Below the pieces are notes generated by a model. That model had not been told where the DNA came from and made no database searches. It worked only from the letters and a program-made list of their open reading frames with translations. Shown piece by piece: positions 38,008 through 48,192 of a stretch of DNA of 64,000 nt. A program made the translations under genes and the position numbers. Each line of letters opens with the position of its first letter. Within the stretch, counting starts at the first letter, position 1. Where the stretch lies: positions 128,001 through 192,000 of the forward strand of contig OZ223264.1 of assembly GCA_965140585.1 (NCBI GenBank), given 5' to 3'. The DNA is from Spirochaetia bacterium (GTDB lineage: Bacteria > Spirochaetota > Spirochaetia > UBA9216).

Positions 38008-38018
38008 ATTTTACTTCA

Positions 38019-38057
38019 AAGCTTCTTGCAAAACTAACCGAGTTTTGCAAGAAGCTC
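38019..38057. repeat. 17-5-17 palindromic repeat, A/A copy
   Basis: aAGCTTCTTGCAAAACT-AACCG-AGTTTTGCAAGAAGCTC. Confidence 0.75.
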
Positions 38058-38127
38058 CTTAGGCTATGTTTCAGAATATAGGCTGTACTACCTTGAAAGC
38101 CTGTCTCTGCTGTTATATAAATTATGG

Positions 38128-39414
38128 ATGGAAAAAAAAATTACCGAATCCCCTTACCTGAAACGACTGATATCTGAAGCAGATTTACCTGAAGGTTTTA
38201 AAACGGGAAGGCTCGGAATAAGGTTTAAACCCGAAGAGCTTGATACCGACGATGAAATGAAGATGAATCTTTCCATGATCCTCCTCGACCGGCCTGCAGA
38301 ATCATTTGCCGGGGTTTTTACCAGGAATAAATTTCCCGGAGCTCCTGTTCTTATGTGCAGAGAGAGGCTGAAATCACCGTCGCTTCGGGCTATCGTGATA
38401 AATAACAAGATTGCCAATGTCTGTGTTGAATCAGGACCTGCAGATGCCGAGGCCATGGCTGCCGCTGTCGCCGGATCTATAGGCTGCGATCCTAAGGAAG
38501 TTATGACTTCTTCAACAGGGGTTATCGGATGGAGACTGCCGGTAGCTGCCATGCAGTCCTCAATTCCTGAGCTGTATCGTATCGCTGGTGAAGGCCGTGA
38601 AAATGCTGTTGCGCTGGCCGAGGGCATAATGACCACCGACCGTTTTCCAAAGCTTCGCACCCGTAAGCTGTTCGGCGGAAGGATTACCGCTGTTGCAAAG
38701 GGCGCAGGGATGATAGAGCCCAACATGGCTACAATGCTCTGCTTTGTAATGACAGATATTGCAATTGAGCGTGATGCGCTGCGTGAAATGCTGCCGGGGG
38801 CAGCGGCAGAAAGCTTCAACCGGATAAGCGTGGACAGCGACCAGAGTACAAGCGACATGGTCATTGCGGTCAGCTCAGGGTTAAAGCCCTGTACCGATAC
38901 CGAAAAATTCAGGGAGGCTCTGCATCAGGTCTGTGCGGAACTTGCCGAAGATATAGTACGTAACGGTGAAGGAACCGGGCATGTTATTTCGGTAGCTGTA
39001 GAGGGTGCTCCTGATACGGAAACTGCAGTTGCTGTGGGCAAGGCTGTCGTCAATTCGCCGCTTGTAAAAACCGCAGTTGCAGGCAATGATCCCAATGTAG
39101 GAAGACTTGCTTCCTCAATTGGAGACTACTGCGGAAACAATAATATAGAAATAAACCGCAACGATGTAAGAATTACACTCGGCGGTGAGATAATATTTTC
39201 TGAGGGCTGTCTGAGGCTCGATTCCAAAAAAGAGCTCAGGCTTGTAAAATACCTCAAAGAAAAGGGGCAGGATCCCGCGCTTACGGGATATCCCGAGCAT
39301 GAAGAAAAAGTAGAAATAAAAGTGGAACTGAAACTGGGCAGTTCAACCGCAACAGTTCTGGGCAGCGACCTTACCCATGAATATGTCAGCGAGAATGCCG
39401 ACTACAGAACCTGA
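38128..39414 (+). CDS. argJ: Ornithine acetyltransferase / N-acetylglutamate synthase
   Basis: SSTGVIG, IMTTD, AKGAGMIEPNMATML, VDSDQSTSD, DPNVGR, DLTHEYVSENADYRT. Confidence 0.97.
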   Translation: MEKKITESPYLKRLISEADLPEGFKTGRLGIRFKPEELDTDDEMKMNLSMILLDRPAESFAGVFTRNKFPGAPVLMCRERLKSPSLRAIVINNKIANVCVESGPADAEAMAAAVAGSIGCDPKEVMTSSTGVIGWRLPVAAMQSSIPELYRIAGEGRENAVALAEGIMTTDRFPKLRTRKLFGGRITAVAKGAGMIEPNMATMLCFVMTDIAIERDALREMLPGAAAESFNRISVDSDQSTSDMVIAVSSGLKPCTDTEKFREALHQVCAELAEDIVRNGEGTGHVISVAVEGAPDTETAVAVGKAVVNSPLVKTAVAGNDPNVGRLASSIGDYCGNNNIEINRNDVRITLGGEIIFSEGCLRLDSKKELRLVKYLKEKGQDPALTGYPEHEEKVEIKVELKLGSSTATVLGSDLTHEYVSENADYRT

Positions 39415-39423
39415 GGATGGTCT

Positions 39424-40401
39424 ATGAGTGATAATATTGATGTTATAATTGAGAAAGCGCAGACGCAGCTTGATAAATGCCGGAAAGAGATAGCCGCAAG
39501 AGTAATCGGTCAGAAGGATATGGTAGACGGTATCCTGATGGGGCTGCTTGCAGGCGGGCATGTTCTTATTGAAGGTGTTCCGGGACTTGCAAAAACCCTT
39601 TCGGTAAAAACTACTGCAGAGGTTATCGATTCTTCTTTTTCAAGAATTCAGTTTACCCCCGATCTTCTGCCCGCAGATATCATCGGAACAATGATATACA
39701 AACAGCAGAGCGGCGATTTTGTAGTCCGAAAAGGCCCTGTTTTTGCAAATATTGTTCTTGCCGATGAAATAAACCGTGCCCCAGCAAAGGTTCAGTCGGC
39801 ACTGCTTGAAGCAATGCAGGAAGGGCAGGTTACAATAGGCAGCCAGACCTATAAACTGCCGGAACCTTTTTTTGTTCTGGCAACCCAGAACCCAATTGAA
39901 AGCGAGGGAACCTACCCGCTGCCGGAAGCCCAGCTTGACAGGTTTATTCTTAAACTGAAGATCGGTTACCCGACTCCGGAAGAGGAACTGCAGATTCTTA
40001 GAACAGTCGGTGAGGAAACAGATATTCCGGTTAAAAAGGTTCTTTCTCCGCTTGCACTGAAGGACCTCAGAAAGGTTGTTGCAAAGATTAAAATTGATGA
40101 AAGAATAGAGGAATATATAGTAGCCATAACAGCCGCTACCAGAGAAAAGGATAAAATTGCTGTTCCTTATGCAAAATACATCGAATTCGGGGCTTCACCA
40201 AGGGCCAGTATCTACCTTTACCGCTGCTCAAAGATTCAGGCAATGTTTGAAGGCCGATCATATGTTATTCCCGATGATGTAAAGAACGTTGTGTATAACG
40301 TTTTAAGGCACAGGATTGTGCTTTCCTATGAGGCCGAATCTGAAGAATTGACTGCCGATGCTGTAATCTCAAGGCTTCTGAAGGTGGTACCCGTTCCCTG
40401 A
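39424..40401 (+). CDS. moxR: MoxR-family AAA+ ATPase
   Basis: EGVPGLAKT, RIQFTPDLLPAD, LADEINRA, ATQNPIE, AQLDRF. Confidence 0.96.
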   Translation: MSDNIDVIIEKAQTQLDKCRKEIAARVIGQKDMVDGILMGLLAGGHVLIEGVPGLAKTLSVKTTAEVIDSSFSRIQFTPDLLPADIIGTMIYKQQSGDFVVRKGPVFANIVLADEINRAPAKVQSALLEAMQEGQVTIGSQTYKLPEPFFVLATQNPIESEGTYPLPEAQLDRFILKLKIGYPTPEEELQILRTVGEETDIPVKKVLSPLALKDLRKVVAKIKIDERIEEYIVAITAATREKDKIAVPYAKYIEFGASPRASIYLYRCSKIQAMFEGRSYVIPDDVKNVVYNVLRHRIVLSYEAESEELTADAVISRLLKVVPVP

Positions 40402-41273
40402 TGGACAGCCTTCAGTTACTTTCACAAATACGAAACATCCCCCTTGTCTCGGCCAGGCTTGTTGAAGGCTTCCTTTCGGGAAACTACCGTTCAGTCTTCC
40501 GCGGCCCGGGGCTTGAATTCGATGAAGTCCGCGAATATACAGACGGTGATGACATAAGAGCCATTGACTGGAACGTTACATCCAGAATGGGCAGTCCCTT
40601 TGTCAAAACCTTCCGCGAAGAGCGGGAAATGGTCCTTCTTCTGATGATAGACGTTTCCGCCTCGCTTCAAACCGGCTCCGGTTCACTGAAGAAAGGCGAT
40701 GCTGCTGCCCTTGTCTCGGCGCTGCTTGCCCATTCCGCGGTACGTAACAGCGATCGCGTCGGAGCAGTTTTCTTTACCGATCGCATTGAAAAGTGGATTC
40801 CGCCGATGAAGGGCCGCAATCACCTGATGCGGCTTGTACAGGATATTGCCTCTTTTCAGCCTAAGGGTACGGGATCCGACATCGCTCTTGCAATTGCCTG
40901 CGTAGAACAGTCGCTTAAACGCCGGGGCATATGCATCCTTGTTTCCGATTTCAAATCGCCTTCAAACCTGCGTCAGATGTCAATGCTCTCCAAAAAGCAC
41001 GATCTCATCGCGGTAAAAATAACCGATCCCTCCGACCGGGAATTTCCCTCAACCGGACTGATGGAGCTCAAGGATATGGAATCCGGCCGGGTGCGAAACT
41101 CATTCGGGTTTTCAAACAGCTACCGGAATGACTATATGGATTTCTGGCTTACTGACCATATCTTCTGGCTGCGCGAATGCCGGAGACGCGGGATAGATAC
41201 ACTTGTAATTGATACCGAAGAGGACCCCGCCAAGGCCCTGCTTTCCTTCTTTAAAAGGAGAAAGCGTAAGTGA
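40401..41273 (+). CDS. DUF58 domain protein
   Basis: GLEFDEVREY..GDDIRAIDWNVTSR, DVSAS, VSDF. Confidence 0.94.
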   Translation: MDSLQLLSQIRNIPLVSARLVEGFLSGNYRSVFRGPGLEFDEVREYTDGDDIRAIDWNVTSRMGSPFVKTFREEREMVLLLMIDVSASLQTGSGSLKKGDAAALVSALLAHSAVRNSDRVGAVFFTDRIEKWIPPMKGRNHLMRLVQDIASFQPKGTGSDIALAIACVEQSLKRRGICILVSDFKSPSNLRQMSMLSKKHDLIAVKITDPSDREFPSTGLMELKDMESGRVRNSFGFSNSYRNDYMDFWLTDHIFWLRECRRRGIDTLVIDTEEDPAKALLSFFKRRKRK

Positions 41274-42166
41274 GAAAATTCGCCGTTCTGCTGACTGCCG
41301 TCCTGCTTTTCCTGCCTTCAATTGTTTCAGCAGAAAAGAATTATACTAATGAGAAGGTAGTTTTTCTGCCTCAGGATTTTTACGTTGGCGACCTCGTTGA
41401 AATGAGAGTTGTCATAAAGCCTGCTTCCGGAGTTATTGTTTCAAAACCCGAAACTCTTCCTGAATCCTACTGGATAAATATCGAGAATGCCGATGTCTTT
41501 CAGACTGAGGATAAGTACGAGTTAAGAGTTTTCCTGAGGCCATACGCTTCAGGAATCAGGACTCTTCCTACCATTCAGTTTGGTGATGTGAGACTTAGTG
41601 ATATAAAGATTCAGATCAATTCACTGCTTGATGAGACCGGTGCAGAATTTGCCCCCGTTGACGGACCGCTTATGCTTCCGGGAACCACCTATTATATAGC
41701 TATAATTGTCGGGATAGTTCTTGTTCTACCCCTGGTTGTCATACTTTTCTGGGCCCGCCTGCGCTACGGACTTGTATCCTTTATAAATGACAAAAGGAAA
41801 AAGCGGCCCTATAACCGCCTTATGAAGGTTCTTAAAGAACTGGATGATTCCGCCGGTAAACTCAAAGGCAACGAGTTCTATACTACCCTTATTGATGAAC
41901 TGAGGGCTTATCTCTCTGAAAAGGGGACTATTGATTACAGCGCCGCTACCGCTGCGGAAGGTTCCAGGATGATTTATGTAGATTTTATGAATACAGCCAG
42001 CCTTGATGAAATTGCGGAGCTTTTCAGTTTTTCCGATGAGGTAAAATTCGGCGGAAAACGGGTAATGATTCAGAGAAGAGAAAGCGACCTCGCTGCAGTG
42101 CGGGAGTTTGCTGAAGATATAGAATCCATGATGGATGAAACGGAGAAAAAGCATGTGGTTATTTGA
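41270..42166 (+). CDS. Bat-operon-associated membrane-anchored hypothetical protein
   Basis: Signal peptide, one TM, 'SDEVKFG' tail; typical position between DUF58 and batA. Confidence 0.75.
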   Translation: MRKFAVLLTAVLLFLPSIVSAEKNYTNEKVVFLPQDFYVGDLVEMRVVIKPASGVIVSKPETLPESYWINIENADVFQTEDKYELRVFLRPYASGIRTLPTIQFGDVRLSDIKIQINSLLDETGAEFAPVDGPLMLPGTTYYIAIIVGIVLVLPLVVILFWARLRYGLVSFINDKRKKRPYNRLMKVLKELDDSAGKLKGNEFYTTLIDELRAYLSEKGTIDYSAATAAEGSRMIYVDFMNTASLDEIAELFSFSDEVKFGGKRVMIQRRESDLAAVREFAEDIESMMDETEKKHVVI

Positions 42167-43154
42167 AAGTCCTGCGTACCTTCTGCTTCTCACACTTTTT
42201 CTTCCTCTTATCTATTTCCGATACATTTACAAAGGCCGCGGAGGAACTATCCCGGCTGCGACTGGAATATGGAAGGGCAGCAATTTTACATCAAGAAATC
42301 ATTTTCTTAAATTCCTGCTCTTTGTTTCCACTGTTTCCTTCTGGGCCGGGTCTGTCTGTCTTGTTCTTGCTCTGGCAGGGCCGTCGTATGTTGAACGTGA
42401 AAAGATCTATCTTTCGCGTGGAACCGATATTGTATTTATTCTTGATGAATCCCCCAGTATGGCCGCCATGGATTTTCCACCTGTTAACCGTTTTGAATCG
42501 GCGAAGGATGTAATACGCAAATTTGTAAATGCCCGGGAGCACGATCCTGTCGGGCTTGTCACATTCGCAGACCAGGCCGCGCTTAGAATTCCGCCGACAC
42601 TTGATTACGACGGCTTCATGAATGAGCTTGAAGGGCTTGAAATGATGGAGCTCGGTTCAGGCACTGCTGTCGGTCTTGGAATCGCGATAGCGGCTCTTCA
42701 TATGGAAGACAGTACTGCGGATGAACGCATCATGATCCTCATAACCGACGGTGAAAACAATGCCGGAGAGATTGAACCATCAACAGCCGCAGATATTGCC
42801 GGCAAAATGGGGATCAAGATTTACTCAATCGGAATCGGAACAAGAGGCGAAGTTCCTATTGAATATACCGACCGTGAAACCGGAAAGATAATCACCGGGC
42901 AGTTCAACAGTGATTTCGATGAAGCCCTGCTTTCGGAAATAGCTGATAAAACAGGGGGGCACTACTTCTATGCTCCAAGTACCACTGCCCTTAACAGTAT
43001 TATAAGCCACATAGACTCGCTTGAAAGCAGCGAGAAACGTGTAAAAATTAAGACCACAGCAAAACCCGGCTACAGAAGAATGATCCTTCTTGCTCTAATT
43101 CTGATCAGCCTCGACCTGTTTATAAGAAAGCTGCTGCTGAGGGAGGTTCTCTGA
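42153..43154 (+). CDS. batA: VWA domain protein BatA
   Basis: FESP N-terminus, DESPSM MIDAS, GTAVG, LITDGENNAG; start placed at ATG 42153. Confidence 0.88.
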   Translation: MWLFESPAYLLLLTLFLPLIYFRYIYKGRGGTIPAATGIWKGSNFTSRNHFLKFLLFVSTVSFWAGSVCLVLALAGPSYVEREKIYLSRGTDIVFILDESPSMAAMDFPPVNRFESAKDVIRKFVNAREHDPVGLVTFADQAALRIPPTLDYDGFMNELEGLEMMELGSGTAVGLGIAIAALHMEDSTADERIMILITDGENNAGEIEPSTAADIAGKMGIKIYSIGIGTRGEVPIEYTDRETGKIITGQFNSDFDEALLSEIADKTGGHYFYAPSTTALNSIISHIDSLESSEKRVKIKTTAKPGYRRMILLALILISLDLFIRKLLLREVL

Positions 43155-44143
43155 TGATGAAGAATCCTGAATCGGCCTGGCTTTTTCTTCTGCTGGTACC
43201 TGTAGTTGCCCTGCTTGTGTACAGGTTTTTCCGCGGCCGCAGGGATGTCCTGATGGTCGCCGGACGCTGGCGCGGCCGGGAATTTTATAATCTCTACTCA
43301 ATTAAGTACTTTTTCTCAGCCCTAGGAACAGTGGTTTTTATAGTCTTTTCAATTGTGGCGCTTCTAGGCTTTCCAGGCAATGAGTACCCTGTCAGCTTTG
43401 AATCAACCGGAACAGATACGATCTTCCTCATTGACATTTCCGAAAGCATGAACGCTGAGGATACTACTCCCTCAAGGCTTGAACGGGCTGCAAAGGCAGT
43501 CCAGAACATCTGTGAAAGCGCTGACTCCGGCCGGTTCGGCGTGGTTGTTTTCAAGGGGCAGGGAATACGTATAATTCCGCTTACCGAAGATACCCAGACA
43601 ATAAGCCAGTTTATGGAGCAGATATCAACTTCGCTGCTCACAAGTCCGGGCAGTGATATAGAAGACGGAATAAAAAAAGCAGTAGATTCATTCACCGGCG
43701 GAGAAGAACGTAAAAAAGTAATTATGCTGTTTTCAGACGGTGAAGCTCTTGCCGGAAGTGCAGAGAATGCAATTGAATATGCCCTTTCTTCTGAAGCAAC
43801 GGTATATTCCGCAGGTACAGGTACGGTATCCGGCGGAGGAATTCCGGCAGCAGACGGCAGCTTTCTGATCGATCCGGACGGCAACAGGGTACTAACAAGA
43901 CTTGATGAGGCAAACCTTCGAAGACTTTCAGAGTCAACCGGCGGCAGTTATTACAATATTTCTGAAACCGGTGTAATTTCTGAGCTTATCAGAATCTCAT
44001 CCGGTGATGAAATAAGTGAAGCCGAGCAGAAAGGTTTTGTTATTAAAACCCGTGACAGATACAGGGTTTTTCTGCTGCTGGCCTTTGCCGGCCTGATGAT
44101 GTCTGTAATTGTAAGGATAGTTAAGTGGAAAAATATTTTCTGA
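43154..44143 (+). CDS. batB: VWA domain protein BatB
   Basis: DISESMNAED..PSRLE, PLTED, FSDGE, TRLDE. Confidence 0.88.
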   Translation: MMKNPESAWLFLLLVPVVALLVYRFFRGRRDVLMVAGRWRGREFYNLYSIKYFFSALGTVVFIVFSIVALLGFPGNEYPVSFESTGTDTIFLIDISESMNAEDTTPSRLERAAKAVQNICESADSGRFGVVVFKGQGIRIIPLTEDTQTISQFMEQISTSLLTSPGSDIEDGIKKAVDSFTGGEERKKVIMLFSDGEALAGSAENAIEYALSSEATVYSAGTGTVSGGGIPAADGSFLIDPDGNRVLTRLDEANLRRLSESTGGSYYNISETGVISELIRISSGDEISEAEQKGFVIKTRDRYRVFLLLAFAGLMMSVIVRIVKWKNIF

Positions 44144-44718
44144 TATTCATAACAGTACTCGTGCTGCTGGTCTCAGGATGTGCCGATCCCGGAGTTTTTT
44201 ACTCTGTCTGGAACGGTAACAACGATTTTGCCCGGGGAGACTATCAGAGCGCTAATATCGCCTACCTTAGGGCTTTGCAGGGAGGGGTTTACTCTGATTA
44301 TATAAGCTATAATCTGGCCACTGTCTATTATGCTCTCGGTGAGGCTCCCGCGGCTATGGCAGAGTGGGAAAACTCCTCCCGCTCGCTGGATGATGATGTT
44401 CTGTTTAGAACTGTTTATAACCGCGGTGTTCTTAATTTTGAGCTGGGAAGATATACTGAAGCATTTGAAGATTTCAAAAATGCTCTGATTATAAATCCCG
44501 GTGATATGGATGCCAAAATTAATCTGGAATACAGCCTTCGAAGGATGTCGGCTAACAATAATCCTGTGGAATCTTCAGCTTCCTCGGCTACAACATCTGA
44601 TTCCGGTGAAACCTCGGATGAGATAAGGCGCGTTCTTCAGTTTATAAAAAGAAAGGACTCAAGTACCTGGCAGCCTGTTGAAGAGCAGGAAGTTGAGAAA
44701 GGGGTTCGGGACTGGTAA
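44125..44718 (+). CDS. batC: TPR protein, BatC-like
   Basis: TPR motifs (YNLA, YNRG, AKINLE), terminal DW. Confidence 0.8.
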   Translation: MEKYFLIFITVLVLLVSGCADPGVFYSVWNGNNDFARGDYQSANIAYLRALQGGVYSDYISYNLATVYYALGEAPAAMAEWENSSRSLDDDVLFRTVYNRGVLNFELGRYTEAFEDFKNALIINPGDMDAKINLEYSLRRMSANNNPVESSASSATTSDSGETSDEIRRVLQFIKRKDSSTWQPVEEQEVEKGVRDW

Positions 44719-46682
44719 TGCTGAAAAAAATTTCTTTAATGCTTTTACTTTCAGTTCTCCTCACCGCCGGACTCCCCGCACAGTCCCGGTTTCTTCCGGA
44801 TGACCAGCGACCGAAGGCAAAGATTGAAAGTATAGAGATTGAGCCCAATCCTGTTGGACGCGGAGATATTTTCACCCTGACTATTGATGTCGACTGGGAT
44901 AATGCTCTTGAGGTAGATCTTGATCTTGATGACTTCACTTCTGATTTTACAAAATGGCGTGGTCCATATATGCGCAGCTTTATAGATTCCACAAGTAAGG
45001 ATGATGTAAGGCGCAAGGTCAGAATTACCACAACTTTCAGGGCTGTCAAATCCGGCAGACAGATATTTCCTTCACTTACAGTAACTGCCGGTTCCTATGT
45101 CATGCAGACCGAGCCCCTGCTAATTAGGGTAGGGCTGTATGCTAACCGTAAACTTTATATGCCGCTTGAAGTAGAGTGGACAACTCCGGCTGAACGGATA
45201 TATGCGGGAGAAGCTATACCGCTTTTTCTGATGGTCAGGAATCAGGAAACTGTATCTATTTTCGACCGGACCAGGGTTGCAACACCAAGAGACGGCTTTC
45301 TTGAAGAGGCTGGAGACCTGGGTGAGATAACCCTTCTTGAAGCCGGCGATATTGTCCTTTACGATATCCCGGCTGAGGCTTTTATATTTACATCTCCGGT
45401 TTCCGGACGTGTTACCATCCCTGCTGCAGGAGTGGACCAGGGCGGAATTACCGGATGGAGTTCGGATTTTAATCTCGATATTCTTCCTATTCCAGAGGAG
45501 ATTCTTTCCACAGGTGCTGTGGGAAGCTTCAGTCTAAGTTCTGAAATCTCTTCAGATAAGATCTACACAGGCGATGAAATCAGGCTTACATCCAGAGTCA
45601 GCGGTACCGGAAACCAGAATTTTATGAAAATCCCTGATCCGGAAGTCCAGGGTCTGGTTCTTGTCTCAACTGAAGAAATTCCTGAATATTCGTACACGTC
45701 AACCGGCTATTCCGGAAGTAAAACTGTGCAGTACATTTATACCGCAGAAGAGCCGGGAGCAGCCTCGGTTCGTGTCCCTGAGTTTCCGTATCTGGACAGA
45801 GATTCCGGAAGAGTGGTCACTATCCCTGCTGAAAATTTCACAGTTGCGGTCAGTCCCGTTCCGGCGGCAGGTGAAGCCTCAGAAGACGAAATGATACCCC
45901 TTGTTAAGATTGAAGATGAGAGCAGAGGCCTCCGATGGAAATCTTTCTACATGAAGCCTGAATTCTACCTTTGGCTTCTCCCCGGGCCGTTCTTTCTGAT
46001 ACTGTTCTCTTTTGTAAAAGGACGGCGTCTGATAATCAGTCTAGTTATAACTGTAATTATTATGGTTGTTATTGTTTCTGTTACAAATGCTTTTTTCAGT
46101 ACTAAGGACAGCGGTGTACCTCCGGGGAATGCTGTCAGTTATTATAACACTGCTCTGGAGCGAATTGAGGAACATCAGTACACTTCAGCCCTGCATGAGC
46201 TTAGACTTGCCGTGTATACAGATCCGCTAAACAGTCAATATCGTGATGCTTTGGACTGGCTTGAAGATAAAATGGGTTTTGTAAACCCGGTAACTCCGGC
46301 ATTCCCTTATCATCCCGATATATTCTTTTTTGTTCTGATACTCTCATTTAATCTGCTTGCTGTCGGTTTTGTTTTGAGGAAGGTGATTCAAAGCGGAACC
46401 CCTGCTGTTATCATAATCCTCATGTCGGCAGTTATTCTGCTTTCGACCGGATTCATGCTTTACGGGCATATAAGCCGGACACGGCTTACCGGAATAATCA
46501 TGCCTAAAGACTCATATATTAAAAAGATTCCGGATGAATCTGCCGGTGACTGGCTGAGGATAGAGCAGGGAATCCCTGTCCGTCTGAAAGATGAGTCGGG
46601 TATCTTTACCCTTATAGAAACCGGAGACGGTATAAAGGGATGGATAAGCAGAGATAAGATCCGTCTGGACAGAGCTGACTGA
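44718..46682 (+). CDS. batD: BatD-family protein with C-terminal BatE-like TPR/SH3 region
   Basis: TGAVGSFSL, VSGTGN Ig-like domains; TM helices; C-terminal 'IETGDGIKGWI' SH3-like segment. Confidence 0.8.
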   Translation: MLKKISLMLLLSVLLTAGLPAQSRFLPDDQRPKAKIESIEIEPNPVGRGDIFTLTIDVDWDNALEVDLDLDDFTSDFTKWRGPYMRSFIDSTSKDDVRRKVRITTTFRAVKSGRQIFPSLTVTAGSYVMQTEPLLIRVGLYANRKLYMPLEVEWTTPAERIYAGEAIPLFLMVRNQETVSIFDRTRVATPRDGFLEEAGDLGEITLLEAGDIVLYDIPAEAFIFTSPVSGRVTIPAAGVDQGGITGWSSDFNLDILPIPEEILSTGAVGSFSLSSEISSDKIYTGDEIRLTSRVSGTGNQNFMKIPDPEVQGLVLVSTEEIPEYSYTSTGYSGSKTVQYIYTAEEPGAASVRVPEFPYLDRDSGRVVTIPAENFTVAVSPVPAAGEASEDEMIPLVKIEDESRGLRWKSFYMKPEFYLWLLPGPFFLILFSFVKGRRLIISLVITVIIMVVIVSVTNAFFSTKDSGVPPGNAVSYYNTALERIEEHQYTSALHELRLAVYTDPLNSQYRDALDWLEDKMGFVNPVTPAFPYHPDIFFFVLILSFNLLAVGFVLRKVIQSGTPAVIIILMSAVILLSTGFMLYGHISRTRLTGIIMPKDSYIKKIPDESAGDWLRIEQGIPVRLKDESGIFTLIETGDGIKGWISRDKIRLDRAD

Positions 46683-47047
46683 TGGATATGGATGCCTGGC
46701 TGGATATGTATCCGCCGGAAGATAAAGATAAAAACCTGACTGTCCGAAAAACACTTCCCGTCTCTGCGGGGAAGCTGAAAAAAATGCAGCCCCAGCGTTC
46801 ACTCGATCTCCACGGTCTGACTGCTGCTGAGGCCAGGACAGAGCTTTCTGATTTTCTCTCAAAATCCAAATCAGACGGTCTTAAAAAAGTCCTTATCATA
46901 CACGGGAAAGGATATCATTCTGCCGGAAAGCCTGTTCTGAAAGATGAGGTTATCAGATTTCTTGAAAGATGTAATGACGCCGGAACATTTGGTACTGCTC
47001 CGCGAGAACTAGGCGGGAGCGGAGCAACCTGGGTTCTTATTAAATAA
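46682..47047 (+). CDS. Smr/MutS2 domain protein
   Basis: LDLHGLT, IIHGKG, GGSGATWV. Confidence 0.93.
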   Translation: MDMDAWLDMYPPEDKDKNLTVRKTLPVSAGKLKKMQPQRSLDLHGLTAAEARTELSDFLSKSKSDGLKKVLIIHGKGYHSAGKPVLKDEVIRFLERCNDAGTFGTAPRELGGSGATWVLIK

Positions 47048-47048
47048 C

Positions 47049-47267
47049 CTAACGTTCCCTGTAGATGATCCTTCCTCTGGTAAGATCATAGGGGGAAAGA
47101 GCAACCCGGACCTTATCACCGGGGACAATTCTAATGTAATGCTTACGCATTTTTCCTGACAGATGGGCAAGGATAACGTGTCCATTCTTCAGTTCTACTC
47201 TGAACATTGTGTTTGGAAGAGATTCCTTCACAATTCCTTCGACTTCGATAGCTTCTTCTTTAGCCAC
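47049..47267 (-). CDS. infA: Translation initiation factor IF-1
   Basis: [11 protein letters not shown]...[10 protein letters not shown]...[14 protein letters not shown]...[10 protein letters not shown]. Confidence 0.99.
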   Translation of the reverse strand: MAKEEAIEVEGIVKESLPNTMFRVELKNGHVILAHLSGKMRKHYIRIVPGDKVRVALSPYDLTRGRIIYRER

Positions 47268-47384
47268 AATACCTCCAAATAAGTTATTTGAATACTAAGT
47301 GAATAAGAATCCTTTGTCAACCAGTTGACATTTTTGCTTATATCATGGATATTTCCGCGTAACTAAAATGTTAACGAGGTAACT

Positions 47385-47741
47385 ATGGACACAGTATTTA
47401 TAGAAGAGATGAAGGACGAACTTCTCAAGCAGAAAGAGGAAATCGTAAAAAGTCTCATGTCCGAAAGCGATGATTTTGATGCAATTGTGAAAGCAAAGCA
47501 GCCCAAGGACCTCGCGGACATAGCCGCTGATGACATTGACCGCAACACACTTGAAACTCTCAGCTCTAATGATGTCAAAAGACTAAGGCTTATCGATTCA
47601 GCTCTTTCCCGTATTGCTAACGACAGATACGGCCTTTGTATGAGGTGTAATAAGAAAATCCCGCAGGAGAGGCTCAAGGCTATTCCTTACGCATTGATGT
47701 GTATTGAATGCAAATCATCTGACGAAAGAAGAAACAGGTAA
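47385..47741 (+). CDS. dksA: DksA/TraR C4 zinc-finger protein
   Basis: DLADIA coiled-coil tip, YGLCMRC...IPQERLKAIPYALMCIEC. Confidence 0.92.
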   Translation: MDTVFIEEMKDELLKQKEEIVKSLMSESDDFDAIVKAKQPKDLADIAADDIDRNTLETLSSNDVKRLRLIDSALSRIANDRYGLCMRCNKKIPQERLKAIPYALMCIECKSSDERRNR

Positions 47742-47795
47742 ATATACTAAACTTCTAAACTCCGCTTCTGTTAATCCGATAAATTTAACAGAGCG

Positions 47796-48179
47796 ATGGA
47801 AGTACAGAATATTTCAAGACAGTCATTAGCTTTATCCCAGATTGTTCGTGCGCAGGTAGGAACCGGCAGGATAGCTCTTCCTGTTCAAACCGGACAGGTT
47901 TATGCGCATTTCAAGCATATCACAGGTATATCCGGAAGCAGCAGTCTTCCTGCATACACTATTAATCAGCTTAGATCCATAGATAATATGATCGACCGCC
48001 TGAAGCTTCTAAAAGGTGAGGGTGAGGCCGATATCAAGATTCGAAACACAGAAAAATCAAATCTGGACAGTTTAATTACCAGTTATCGTGAACAGCTGGT
48101 TGATGCACTCAAGACGGAAAAAAACATCTATGGACCCCCTGTTGATGTCAGCGCCCTGTCTGTAGATATCACAGTCTGA
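47796..48179 (+). CDS. Hypothetical protein
   Basis: Long ORF co-directional with its neighbours; no recognised motif. Confidence 0.7.
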   Translation: MEVQNISRQSLALSQIVRAQVGTGRIALPVQTGQVYAHFKHITGISGSSSLPAYTINQLRSIDNMIDRLKLLKGEGEADIKIRNTEKSNLDSLITSYREQLVDALKTEKNIYGPPVDVSALSVDITV

Positions 48180-48192
48180 GGTCAGGATAAAT

